DNA of 63,472 nucleotides, the filler included, from Octopus bimaculoides (taxonomy: Eukaryota): assembly GCF_001194135.2 (NCBI RefSeq). It is 4 parts of 3 records of this genome, joined end to end, with 100 filler letters (N's around TTAATTAATTAA, not from the genome) between each part and the next. Parts side by side here need not be neighbours in the genome. Positions count along the whole stretch, not along the records: positions 1 to 6,655 come from NC_069001.1; positions 6,756 to 36,851 come from NC_068986.1; 2 more parts are not named here. One strand, 5' to 3'. The notes beneath the pieces are model-generated. The model had not been told where the DNA came from. It ran no database searches and was given only the letters and a program-made list of their open reading frames with translations. The position numbers and the translations under genes are program-made. This document shows, in pieces, positions 1 through 12,630 of this stretch; within the stretch, counting starts at the first letter, position 1; every line of letters begins with the position of its first letter.

Positions 1-42
<42 letters not shown>

Positions 43-153
43 CCTTCGTTCGCCGCTAGACAGTCAATGGTGGTCTCTTTTATGCTCCTGTAACCTAGTG
101 GTCCGGCAAAATATTCCGACAGAAAAAGTAACAAGTATAGTTCTATAGTTAAG

Positions 154-853
154 AGATATCTAAACTTCAATTCCCACCATCCATACAGTGTAATGAGAGG
201 GATTGCTCAGTGCCTAAAACATCGAGCAAAGAATATAAATTGCGATCGTGATATCCACCACGAAGAAATGATCAAGCTCAGTAACAAACTATTAAATAAC
301 AACTACCCCAAAGACATACTATCCACTCCAATTATGAAGAAAAGAAAGGATGAAACCAATAAACTGTCCACAGTCTGTCTACCCTATGTGAAATGCCTCT
401 CTGAAAATAAACAAAAGGTATGCAGCTCATATGACATCAGGACAGTATTCAAGAGTAATACAACACTTCGGAAATATCTCGTCGAGTAAATCCCCAATAG
501 AAGAGCATATGACCAAAGACTGCGTGTACTCCATCCCATGCTGTTGTGGTAGTTTATACAAAGGCGAAACATGCCACACCATCAAAATAAGGGCAGAGGA
601 ACATCGCAAAGCTGTAACACGGGGAGATATTGATAAATCGGGTATAGCTGATCATGTATGGAAAAATGGAGACCACCTCCTCCTGTGGGATGAAGTTAAA
701 AATAATAGACAGAGAACACCACTGGGAAATACGAAAACTAAAAGGGCAGCACATATGCTAGGACACAGCAATCTCCTAAGCAGACCGAGTGCAGATACGA
801 ATAGCATATGGGATCAGGTATTAAGAATGGATAGGAAAATATTAGGTTCATAA
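154..853 (+). mobile_element. Penelope-like retroelement, 3' part of ORF (RT thumb, linker, GIY-YIG endonuclease), frameshifted
   Basis: YLNFNSHHP...RAKNI thumb motif, LPYV...IRTVFKSNTTLRKYL linker, then VYSIPCCCGSLYKGET...RAEEH...SGIADH GIY-YIG motifs. Split across ORFs 193-489 and 431-853. Confidence 0.9.
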
Positions 854-882
854 GCCCTAAAATTCATTCCATAATTGCCCAC

Positions 883-994
883 GGGCATATGGCGTAGTGG
901 TTAAGAGCGCAGGCTACTAACCCCAATATTCTGAGTTCGATTNNNNNNNNNNCTACTAACCCCAATATTCTGAGTTCGATTCCTGGCAGTGACC
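883..994 (+). mobile_element. tRNA-derived head (A box TGGCGTAGTGG, B box GAGTTCGATTCC) inside the PLE 3' region
   Basis: GGGCATATGGCGTAGTGGTTAAGAGCGC...GAGTTCGATTCCTGGCAGTGACC begins 30 nt after the PLE stop codon. Interrupted by a 10-N gap with an overlap duplication. Followed by (AAT)n. Confidence 0.8.
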
Positions 995-1002
995 TGAATA
1001 AT

Positions 1003-1035
<33 letters not shown>

Positions 1036-1084
1036 CATCGAAAAATACGTTAGGAAAGAGGACCCAGGTTCAAAATTTCCCCAA

Positions 1085-1130
1085 GAATCCAGATGAAGTC
1101 TGGAGGGATTATCAGCCGAAACGTTGTGTT
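1085..1130 (+). ncRNA. Degenerate minimal hammerhead ribozyme (family A) of the PLE terminus
   Basis: CAGATGA (core mutated from CTGATGA), stem II, GAAAC-GTT-GTGTT. Homologous to the intact copy at 14759-14805. Confidence 0.6.
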
Positions 1131-3748
1131 AACAACAAATATGAGGACAAGTATCCGTCAAATGTAAATAAAAGTACCAAAGTAAAAAAAATATTCTGGA
1201 GTCGATCTGACCCATTCGGCTGAAATCTTTAAATGCCTTACCCAAGTTGACTACAGTTCATTGACTGAAATAAGTAAGAACAAACGGTTTGGCCACTATT
1301 TGGCAACAATAATATATTTCTTATTGTCAATGTACTCGTTACTGCAGTGAGAAATAGATCGTATTTATTTATTTATTTTCAATTATCCCCTGCTCAACCT
1401 AAGTCGGATGAAAAGCATTCCAACTATAGCTTTCCAACGATTTTCTGTGTATTATTCTTTGTATCCTAAGATATTTAGCTGCTATTTCTAGCTGTTTGAA
1501 TGACTTCACAGAGGCTAATTATGATCGACGTTGTCACTCTCCTCATCACTAACACCTTCGACATGATCATCATGGCCATTATCACCATCGTCACCATCAT
1601 CACCCTCTTCTTTGTCATACACCTCTCATCATCATTGTAATCATCATCATCGTCATTATTATCATCATTATAATCACAGCAGCAGTAGCAACACTATTGT
1701 CAGATCATCATCATCAGCATCATCATCATCATCATTAAGATCGCTGTTATCGTTGTTTTTGTGATTTTCTTTCAGTAACGTGAACTGACTTGTGACTTGA
1801 AAGAGCAGGACTCAATTCTTTCCAATATCCAGTTTAGTTATCAATAAGAGGCAATGTTTTTATCTCTCCGCTTGCCAAAATTTCTGACCCCGAAACTTCT
1901 TCACTTGTCAACGTTCAATTATATTATTCGAAGACCGTTTAAATGTTACCAGTTATATAATCAAAACTCTGCCGCTATCAGCGTTGCTTTTCATCCGCTC
2001 GAATTCCATAACATAAAATACCAGCTGGATAAGAGAAATTGTCAAAGTGCCAAGCCAGAGATGCTCCAGCGATATTTTTTTGCGTCCTTCTCTGTTCTTA
2101 TACCTCGTGTCGTAAATTTAATCTATCACCCGATGTAGTATCTCCACCTGGTTGCTGATCGACTTTAGCTGACCTCATTCCATTGTTAGCATCCACACCA
2201 GGTTATCTGTTTGAGTCGAACATGTTCCATTCCTCTTAGTAATCTTAAAGCTTTGCAAAACTAAAAGATCATAGATGTTAGCTTTCCCCTCGTTGTTTAA
2301 GCAGTAAATATTTGTTTAAAATGGCGTTGAATTAGGACAGTCGTCAGGGAACCTGTACAGCTTTACTGTAATCATTCAGATTGGCTGTTTTCTCCTTTCA
2401 AATTATATTGAAGCCAACATCACGTTTCATCCATTTGATGACGGTAAATTAAGTACCAGCCCAAGAGCAGTGGATAAAAACGATTGGGCGAGTTAACTAA
2501 ATATCTTTTGGGTATGTATTTTGGCTCTTTGTGTTCTGAGTTCAAATACTACGTTACCCGAGCTCCGAAATAGTAAGCGCCCTTAGAAAACTCTGACATC
2601 GAATCCAGTATATTTTAAAGATCACTTGGTTAGCAAACTTCATGGCTCACACAGAAACTAATGCGGCGTGAATTCATGAGAGGTCAGTATATTTGGATGT
2701 ATGTGTGATGGTTCTAGTTTCGCTAATATAGATAGGGTTTAGTGCAAGTTAATCGATTGAACACCTTATCTTTGCACGAAAATGAAAAACTAACCAGGGA
2801 GGAAAACGCTAGAAGTAATCGCTGCCAATTCTCTTTTAAATTGTGCTGCATCAATTTACAAAAAGATTGACAGATTCGTTCAATAATTCAGTACTAGATC
2901 GAATATAAAGGAATAAAAGACGGAATGTTACGGTTGGATTGCTCCTGATCACAGGTCCCTTTCTTAAATCATGGTTGACTTGAGCTAAATAACAACGTCA
3001 AAATCACTTTTGAAAACAACACAAGTATCAACCTAAATGACAATAACAACAACACAGGATTTAACAAAAGTACCTATAACACTTTACAACAATAGCAACT
3101 AGACATGAAACAGCAAGACAACAAGTGAACCGGAAAGCGAAACTCTTTGAAGTCGCTCAAACTACAAGAGATAGCTTTGAAATATATGTCAACTTAAAAA
3201 AGGAGAAAAACACATCGAATGATGAAGTCTGGATGTACTCTACATGAAAAAGAGATAAGTGGATACATTCGGAATGACTTTCATCAGGGGAATGTCATTA
3301 GGATCATTATTGACTTGGGGCCAGCAACAACAAAGAACTTCGAGACATAAAACCAGTTTCATACAACTTCCTTGTCAAATCACGCTTGTGTAGTAAAATA
3401 TTGAAGTACTTATTAAATTTACGGTATTACCATGATATATAACGACTGGCTGAATTTCCGCGGTTCTAGCTTACTGAGCCGTTGGAAAGAAATTTGTCTG
3501 AACCAAAATCACAGCATTTGTTGGTGATGTATTTGAAACTATGAACTACCAGTTACTGAGTTGTTAAAATCATATAGTACTCAATCATGACAGTCACTTG
3601 CATTCGGTAGTCTGGAGTATGTTACGAAAACTCTTGTCATTCCTTTATGTCTGTCCAGTACATACTATGAATAGATATTCACTAAACCGATAAAAGTTAA
3701 AACTATTCCCAAATACCCAAATAACAGAGGGAATGTCTGCGTGGGTAA

Positions 3749-3915
3749 ATGACGCAAATTCTACATGAAACAATGACGGAAGCACAACATGAGCCAATGA
3801 TGAAATCTTAACTCGAGCCATGATAGAAAGGCTCCATGAACCGAGGATGGAAGCTCAGTATGATCCAAACTTAGAAGTTGACTGCGAGCCTATGATGAAA
3901 GTTCTACCTGAGACG
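3749..3915 (+). repeat. Degenerate 24-bp tandem repeat, 7 units, codon-structured
   Basis: Units read MTQILHET, MTEAQHEP, MMKS*LE(P), MIERLHEP, RMEAQYDP, NLEVDCEP, MMKVLPET. The third unit is 23 bp and contains a stop. Confidence 0.7.
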
Positions 3916-4904
3916 GCTACTATATCTCTACAAGGTTATTGATGTTCCACAAGGTTGAGCAAGCCTGCAGAGATTGCTTTACTGGCTCGCATTTATAATA
4001 CGACTCTGACAGTTTGAAATAACAGCTAAAATCCTTTACCTTTGGGAAAGAGCACTTTAATTAAAGAGGACCTACAGCCTAGCACATAAAACAGCCGGGA
4101 TGCCCTTAAATCGAATGCTTTTCAATGTAGGTATTTTTATTCAGGGTTAACTAAGGCTGAACGACAAAAACAACAACGGCCCTATAGATGTCCTCCCGTT
4201 GGTTCATAATTCTAAACTTATCGTTCTTACAGCAGCGCGATATTTGGAGAGTGCGATATTAGTTTACATCTTTGTAGTTTGAAACCATCTTTGGGTCATA
4301 TTACTTGGCAATGTGGAAATTTCATTCGTCGTAATACGGTAGGCGCCCACCAATCTCTCACCTTGCACCTCAACATCGTATTACCTCAATCTAATGGCAG
4401 CCTAATAACGTTACCAATTGATGCAAAATGAATCCCTTCTTGTTTTCATGCTATTGTTCTTTAACCCCAGGTTAATAGTCACAAAAGGGACTAGTGTAAA
4501 ATGTCTTATCAAACGTGACTTTTTCATCCTTTCCAAATATCAAAGAATATACTATCAAATGCGCCCTTTTCTGTTGCTATTTTTATAGACAGTTACCACT
4601 GATCTGAGGAAAATATGACTACTATTATTTCTAGTAAGGACAGCAATCATGTTTAATCGTTCTTGGACGGCTTAGCTACATTGTCTGAGCAGATGCATAT
4701 ATTCATCTTTATGTGCACGCGTATGAGATTGTTTTGGATGTATATTGAATGTTAGTATGTTGCGTGTATCTGTTTATATGTTTGTGTGTGTGTGAATTTG
4801 TTTCATTTTTTGTGCCTGTGTGTGGAGGGAGATGGAGGTGTTGAATCTATCCTCTTCTTATGCTTTAACTTCTTCTTTTCAAATGCTTCACCTCCTCATT
4901 AAGC

Positions 4905-6165
4905 TATCTGTTTTTACGAGACCCAAGCAACATAACCACATTATGTTCTAGAACTTTTACAAACTCTACATAATTTGCCAGCGCCTCAATATCTTTCTGA
5001 ACTTCATGTAGTTTTGGGCGTCTGGATAACATGTAAAGGGCAAAATACAGTCTCTCCATGACTGTTAAATACCATTCATAAGATTCTCAACATTCATAAG
5101 ATTTTTATTTCACTCTCGAAATTCCTTCATGTTATTCATTGCAACTATAACGTTGACTGTTTTCCAGAATTCACAAATTCTAAGCTTATCCCTCCCATCA
5201 GGTGCAATTACGAGATATTTCAACGATCTTCTAAGGTAATATGACTTGAAATTAATCATCCCTCCGTAATCCGTGAGTGGAGCACTGAAAATCTCTGCTT
5301 GGCAACTTATTCCGCATTCACATTATTAAAACTTCTACAAAGGCAATGCCTTGTAAGAAATATTATGCATGTCAATGTACTAATGCAGGAAACACAGAAT
5401 TTGATTAGTAAGCCACTTTTGAAAAAGACTAGTGAGTATCTAACACCCTCCATTTAAACACGATATTACGTAAAAAGAAATTTTAATACAGCCTTTGAAA
5501 GGGTTCGTTTTAGAAGTGACGTACAAATAAAGGATTTACTTTCATATCTCCAGCGCATTTTCTTTTTCTCCGCAAGAAGATTCAGATGAATTTAGAAGAT
5601 TTAACAAATTACATTGAAATTGCTCTTCCAGAAAAACCGAGTTACACCATTTTTTTATACATACTTCTCGTGCAAAGATACCTGCAGCTATGCTGTTCGT
5701 ACTTCAATTAGTATTAGTAGTAGCAACCTCTGCTTCGTCACAGGCAGTTCCAACGATCATTTTTATGTATTTTATCTGTTTCATAAACATTTCAGGCAAG
5801 AATTTACTTGCAGAAAACTCACGATATCAGAATTTGTACATTCCACAATCTGCAAAGCAGCATACAACAATTTAGCTTTCACTTGAAAATCTATCGCGTT
5901 AATCGTCATATTAGGTCCTCTTCGGTTGCCTATCCATCTACTCACGAGGCACTGTATTAGAGTCGTGACTTCAGCACTTTGAAAAATACAAGGTAACTTT
6001 TAATTAATGGAACAACTGCTTCAATACTCGACCTAAATGTATCGTTACTTCTTCGTAATATTACCGATGGAATCGTTGCAAGTATCAATAGTTTACTAAT
6101 TTTTATATCCACTGTAAACCAAGGTAAACATTTAAAGAATACATTCCATAGTACTGTCTTCACTT
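4905..6165 (-). pseudogene. Tigger/pogo (CENP-B HTH plus DDE_1) transposase remnant
   Basis: Minus-strand peptides: WIGNRRGPNMTINAIDFQVKAKLLYAAL, FSASKF, LTSLFQKWLTNQ, PLTDYGGMINFKSYYLRRSLKYLVIAPDGRDKLRICEFWKTVN. The last resembles the Tigger QPMDQGVI..FKSYYLR...FWK segment. Many stops and frameshifts. Confidence 0.8.
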
Positions 6166-6612
6166 CTACATGATAAGCTCTTATTACATATTTTGACTAA
6201 GGGTGATGTACTATAACGTAAAACCTAGTATTCCACCCCAATCGTAACCATAGTTAAACAACAAACTCCACACGAACAGTATAACAGCTGCAGAATTCGA
6301 AGAAGTTGTTTTGCGTCGCAAAAATATAGTGTATATGCAAGAATATAAATTAAGAAACTTGGACGGTTTAGAGGAGCTAAAAGGAACTTGCCTCCCCTAA
6401 GAAGATTCAAAAGTAGGAGGAACTGCTCTTTGATTAGAATGTCAATTGAATTTATAGAGGCAATAAAGAAAGTGATGCCGTGAAATGGGCGGGAAGAATA
6501 ATGCAAATACGTTAGGCTCAATGAATATTAAGGGGTACCAGAAGTTGTACGAAATAGATGTGAACGTACAAAATCATGTCAAAAAGAGTTGGACGAACAT
6601 GAATAGACACAC

Positions 6613-6655
<43 letters not shown>

Positions 6656-6699
6656 NNNNNNNNNNNNNNNNNNNNNNNNNNNNNNNNNNNNNNNNNNNN

Positions 6700-6711
6700 T
6701 TAATTAATTAA
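6700..6711. other. Artificial TTAATTAATTAA spacer inside a 100-bp scaffold gap (also 36896-36907 and 61447-61458)
   Basis: The identical 12-mer, with stops in all six frames, sits centred between runs of about 44 N three times. Confidence 0.9.
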
Positions 6712-6755
6712 NNNNNNNNNNNNNNNNNNNNNNNNNNNNNNNNNNNNNNNNNNNN

Positions 6756-7165
6756 TCCTCCGGTTCCTCCAGCCACGCCCTTTTCACCCTGGTCAGTGCG
6801 TCCGCCCTGTTTCTTTCCGAAGGCACGAAAACCACGTTCAGCTTCAGTCCGAACTCGGCGATCAGCTCTCCCAGAACTCCTAGGCGGCGTTTCACCAACA
6901 TCTCCGTGGCACCTTTCGTCCGGACTCTCTTCTCGCTGGTAATTACTGTTCCTACCCAGCTGACCACGGTGGCCGAATTGGTCGCGAAAGGCAAAGAGGT
7001 CTCCGTGAAAAATACCACAGTGGAATAAAGGTATGTATCAGCGTGGATGGTAAGCTCTCCGAACATCTGCTTGTTACATCTGGCCAAACGGGTTTTGGTC
7101 CTTACCAGGACTGACAAGTCACATCTCTGCTGTTCGTAATTAAGCGAACAATAGAAAAAAATTGT
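6756..7165 (-). mobile_element. LTR retrotransposon (Ty3/gypsy-type) RNase H fragment
   Basis: Open frame ...FATNSATVVSWV...RVRTKGATEMLVKRRLGVLGELIAEFGLKLNVVFVPSERNRADALTRV. The TDS-like and N-x-A-D-x-L motifs are those of retroelement RNase H. GC- and CpG-rich. Confidence 0.75.
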
Positions 7166-7189
7166 CAACTTTTATTATATTCATTATAT

Positions 7190-7301
7190 ATATTGTTTCC
7201 GGTATAAATTAATATTACCAAGAAATATTACCGGTCCCTGGCAAATTAGAAGAAAAAAAAAAACTGCCGGTACGCCTCATCAGATAGTTTGAGAAGCACT
7301 G
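7190..7301 (-). mobile_element. hAT-like MITE end
   Basis: Terminus CAGTGCTTCTCAAACT (minus strand, 7286-7301) with internal ACCGG motifs. The partner end was not found. Confidence 0.4.
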
Positions 7302-7584
7302 ATCTACAGCATTTTGATACTGTCAATCAAATATTTATGGACAGCCCATAACACTGAAACAGCCAATCAAATGTTTATATGTATCTCTTAAAACTAAACC
7401 TGTTGTATTCATTTCAGAGTCTTTTTGAACCAGGCTGTATGTGGTAAGAAGTTTGCTTTCCAACCACATGGCTCTTGGTTCAGTCTCACTGTGTGGCACT
7501 TTAAGCGTCTTCTACTATAGTCTCAAGCCAACCAAAGCCTTGTGAGTTGATTTGGTAGATGGAAAGTGAAAGAAGCACATTGTG

Positions 7585-7629
<45 letters not shown>

Positions 7630-8540
7630 ATGTATATATATATGTGTGTGTATGTGTCAGTGTCTGTGTTTGCCCCCCATCACTGCTTGATAACTAATGT
7701 TGGTTTGTTTACGTCCTCATAACTTGGCAGTTTGGCAAAAGAGACCAATAGAATAAGTATTAGGGGTTGATCCATTTGACTAAAATTCTTCAAGGCACTA
7801 CCCCAGTAAGTAAAAGACCATAACAAAAGAAGATAAAAGATATTGAAATCAAAACTACAAAATAATCTTTTCTGCTCTAGGCACAAGACCCGAAATTTTT
7901 GGGAAGGAGGCCAGTTGATTAGATTGACCCAGTATGCAACTGGTACTTAATTTATCGACCCCGAAAGGATGAAAAACAAAGCCAACCTCGTCGGAATTTG
8001 AACACAGAACGTAGACATATGAAATACCACAAGGCATTTTGCCTGGTGTGCTAACTTTTCTGCCAGCTCACCGCCTTCAAAGCCACAACATTGCTATTGA
8101 GAGAAACGGTGACTATGTTGAGAAGTAAAGGGATGTGATCCACAGAGGACCCGCTTCATTTTGATGTAGGATACATGTTCCTGTGTTGGTAATTATACCT
8201 GTCCTAAACAAAATGGCATTACTTTTTGATTCACCCTTGAACATTCGACTAAATCATTTGAATGCTAAAGGCTTAAATGTTCTTTGGCTGATTGGCTGTG
8301 AATATTATGTCTGTCAACTCTGAATACAAAAATATAAAAAAAATTGAAGGAGTAAATTTCATCATAGGCGCGGGAGTGGCTGTGTGCTAAGAAGTTTGCT
8401 TCCCAACCACATGGTTCTGAGTTCAGTCCCTCTGCATGGCACCTTGGGCAAGTGTCTTCTACTATAGCCACAGGCCAACCAAAGCCCTGTGAGTAGATTT
8501 GATAGATGGAAACTGAAAGAAGCCCGTTTTGTATATATAT

Positions 8541-8618
<78 letters not shown>

Positions 8619-11600
8619 ATCTATATATATATCTATATATCTATTAAATGACTCCGTCAGTCACGAATGACCATGAGTGCACCTAAGAGTTCCCTTCTGA
8701 GGTACAAGTCTGGGCGGAAAGTTGCCTCACTGGCGAACGCACGACCTAGGGTTGTTTTTATGGAAGACCAACAGTCACCCATGCATACCAGCATCCCCTC
8801 TCTATGCCACCGATGCTACCAAAGGGAAAGGCAGAGGCCGATACACCTTGGCACTAGTGACGTTGTAACTCATTTCTACAGTTGCGTGAAGTGGAGCAAC
8901 GTGAAATAAAGTGTCTTGCTCAAGAACACAACACGCAGCCCGGTCCAGTACATATTTGTTTTAGCCTGGTACTTGTTTTTATTGGTCCCTTTTTTGCTGA
9001 ACTGCTAAGCTATGGGGATGTAAACAAACCAACACTACTTGTCAAGTGGTGCTGGGGCAACAAGCACAAACACAAAGACACACACACACACACACACACA
9101 CATGTATGTGCGTATCTTCCAGTTTCTGCCTATCAGACCCACTCAAGAAGCTTTGGTTAACCTGGGACTGAACCTGGAACCATGTGGTTGGGAAACAAAC
9201 GTTTTACCAAACACCCACATCTGTGTCTATATAAATACAAAGTTATTTTAATAAATTCATTAAGGTTTAATACCTTAATGAAAATCACAACCCCTACGAT
9301 TTTCCATTTCGTTCGTTCGTTCTTTCCTTCGTTCGTTCCTTCCTTCCTTCCAACAAGGTTAGTGAATGATTAACGAATATTTTTGACTGTGAAAGGTCAA
9401 ATAAACTGGGACGATGTCTAATCTTTGTCTACCCTACTTATGGCTGATAAATAACTTCAATATAAATTTGATTGGAATCCAGATGTTTTTTTTTCTTCTA
9501 CCTTTTGCATGGCAATAGGTAGAAAGCGTGGTCTGGTGGTTAGAGTGTTGCAATCATGATCTTACTATCATGGTTTCGATTCCTGGACCAGGCAGTGTGT
9601 TGTGCTCTTGAGCAAAACACTTCATTTCACATTGCCCCAGCTCACTCAACCGTAAATGAGTTCCAGCAATAACTGCAAAGTTAACCCTGCTACAGACTGA
9701 CATTCCTTTCAGTGGTGGGTGCCATTATCTCAGTCACTTATACATCATGAAAGCCAGGTTAAGTTCTGCCCTTATGATCCCTAGGGCATCATGGCAGACC
9801 TAAATAAGTGACTGTTGCATGTACCTGCATAAACTTTCCTGGCATTATTTATTGAATATTTATTTGCATGCCAGGCAAAACACTTAGCAGCATTTTGTCT
9901 GTCTTTACGTCCTGAGTTCAAATTCTGCCGAGGTCGACTTTGCCTTTCATCCTTTCAGGGTCGATAAATTAAGTACCAGTTGCATACTGGAGTCAATCTA
10001 ATCGACTGGCTCCCTCCCAAAAATGTTGGGCCTTGTGCCTAGAGTAGAAAAGATTATTTATTGAATTAAGAAGGTGGAGAGCTGGCAGAATCGTTAGCAC
10101 ACTGGGCAAAGTTCTTAGCAGCATTTCATCCATTGCTACATTCTGAGTTCAAATTCCACTGAGGTCACCTTTGCCTTTCATCCTTTCGGGGTTGATAAAT
10201 TAAGTACCAGTGAAACTCAGGGGTCAGTGTAATCAATTAGTCCCCTTCTCCAAAATTCAGGCCTTGTGCCTTCAATAAAAAGGATTATTTATTGAATTAA
10301 GGTAATGGGATGACTGCACAATAATTAGGTACAGATATTTTGAGTTCAAATCCTAGAGGAATCTGTTTCTTTGCTGATCTAATCCAATTATCTGTTCCCA
10401 TCCCCCTATAAATCTATGAAACCATTCCAATGTTTGTGGATCATTATGAATGTGTTTCAAATATTTACAGCAAATTGTTATTTTCTACAAGTTAGCTCGG
10501 ATTGATCAGAACTTTGCTCAAAGACATTCCATTTTTGATGTCAGATGCTTGGGTGAAAAACCAAAAAGAAAAAAAAAAGGGTGTAGACATAGCTGTGTGG
10601 TTAAGAAGTTTGCTTCACACCCATGTGATTTCAGGTTCAGTCTCACTGCAGGGCAAGTGTCTCCTACTACAACCTTTTAACCCTGCAATGAACTGGCATC
10701 CCATTCAAAGGGGTTGTTCTGATCCCAGTCACTAACAGGCCATGGGAACTGGGTAACTGGCCTCATGAAACTTAGGGCTCAATAATAATAATAAGTAACA
10801 AAGTATATCTTAAGATTACATTATCTAATTGAAAGCAGAAAAGGGAAATTCAGCTGCTATTTCTAGCAAGCTGAGCGATCATGGAAGACAGTTATAGTGG
10901 CCTATATAGTGGGAGGAAGTAATTGAGTTACAGGGAGAGGAAGATGTGTCAGCTGTTGAAATTCTGTTCTGAAGGGAATGTAGAGAAGACAGATTGGTTG
11001 TGTCACAGACAATGTCTCTGGTGGTTTTGGGAAGTGTTATGGAGACTGTGAATAATACTGGAATTTCTAGAATGAAGAAGGATGGAGCCAAGCTTCTACT
11101 GTTTCATGATGAATGATATTTCCATTTTTCTGTTAATATATATATATATATATATATACATATATTAGAAGGGCAGCGAGCTGGCAGAAACGTTAGCACG
11201 CCAGGCGAAATGCTTAGCAGTATTTCGTCTGCTGTTACATTCTGTCTTCATCCATATGCTTCACATGACCAAACCAGTGCAGTTTTCTCTCTTGTAGTTT
11301 GCTTATCTTCATTAGAAATTCTAACAAAGTCACCTGGCAACTTATTCCTTGTAAAGGTTTAATAAATATGTACCCTCCTGAACTAGATATGAAAACTGGC
11401 ATGGATTTATGTGTGTGTGTGTGTGTGTGTGTGTTATGGTCACCTTGCTTTGATGTCTTGTGATAGCTGTAAACAACTGTTGCAAGTCACACAAGCGGTG
11501 TCCCTCATTTCCAGTCTTCTGCGAAAACATGTCTGGCCACGAGGGGGAAATATCACCTTATCTGGTCACAGAAAAAAACCTGCCACAACAAATTCTGCCT

Positions 11601-11629
11601 TATCCATGCAAGCATGGAGAAGTGAGCAT

Positions 11630-11660
<31 letters not shown>

Positions 11661-12241
11661 ATGATGATGATGATGATGATGACGATGCTATGTATGTATG
11701 TCTTTTAAATTGAATGGCCATCATGGTTCTTCCACAATGCAATATGTTTTAGTTTCTACACCACATGATCTCTGAACAATTCACTTGCCAAACAGGTATA
11801 ATTCTGAAATAATGGTTTTTCTGAGGAAAATGTTTCTACAAAAACCTTTGTTATGGTCTAAAAGAGATATTGATAAGTTCTGCTGATATAAAATGCAAAC
11901 TGCTGTGTGCTCATTATTTCATAATGGCTATTTGAGAAGTCAGTGAATATGAGCTGCAAGTTAATATATCTAAAAAATAAATACACAAATGTTGATTGTG
12001 ATTGCTAAATATAGAAGTCCTGCATAATTTAGCAAGATAAACAGTGGATTTATTTATCAGCTTGACACTAGAGATATTTATTACTAGTTCTTAACAAATT
12101 ATCTGATAGGGTTGCATAGAACAGAACTGAAAACATCTCCTGTAACATGTAACAAGTGTGTATTTGTTTTAGTGTTGTTGTTTAGCCCCAGGTCAGATCT
12201 TATCAATCAGTCAAAAGCATTCCAGTAATGATTACCCTGAC

Positions 12242-12589
12242 ATTATTATTATTATTGTTCAGTAGTTTTATTTTTATAACGTGCTTTCACTTCACTACCG
12301 AGCGCAGCTCTGTGCGCCTTGGGTATGTGCTGTGGTTTGCTGTGATGCTCTTATGGTTACTGTATTGAAAGTGTTTTGCGTAGGATGTGTGCAGTGCCCA
12401 GTAGTGCAATTTTCTGTATGTTATATATATTTGTAAGTCCTGATGTTTTTGTTATGTATTTGTCTGAATATTTTTTTATTATACCTAAGGCACCTACTAT
12501 GATAGGAATTGTTTCTGTTTTTAGATTCCACATTCGAGTTACCTCTATTTCCAGGTCTTTGTATTTTGAAAGTTTTTCCATTTCTTTTA
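12242..12589 (-). mobile_element. R4/Dong-type non-LTR retrotransposon 3' end (REL endonuclease C-terminus plus (TAA)n tail)
   Basis: KYKDLEIEVTRMWNLKTETIPIIVGALGII...QKIALLGTAHILRKTL*, then a 3' UTR and an AAT tail. Confidence 0.8.
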
Positions 12590-12593
12590 TTAC

Positions 12594-12630
<37 letters not shown>

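Noticed and set aside
923-982. Short direct duplications across small gaps (also about 45860-45960 and 62542-62628 versus 62833-62908)
   Set aside because: Identical sequence on both sides of N runs indicates unmerged contig overlaps.
3215-3290. Hammerhead-like remnants (TGATGAAGTC...GAAA; also about 46140-46175 on the minus strand and CTGATGAAACT near 41368)
   Set aside because: The core or GAAAC half is missing or stems do not close, so they are too degenerate to call.
6290-6605. Plus-strand stretch reading like decayed coding sequence (AEFEEVVLRRKNIVYMQEYKLRNLDGLEELKG...)
   Set aside because: Many stops and no recognisable family; it cannot be supported without a search.
7418-7444. Candidate first STYXL1 exon (tttcag...gtaag)
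   Set aside because: The peptide does not resemble the STYXL1 N-terminus, and the donor-like site is part of a SINE head.
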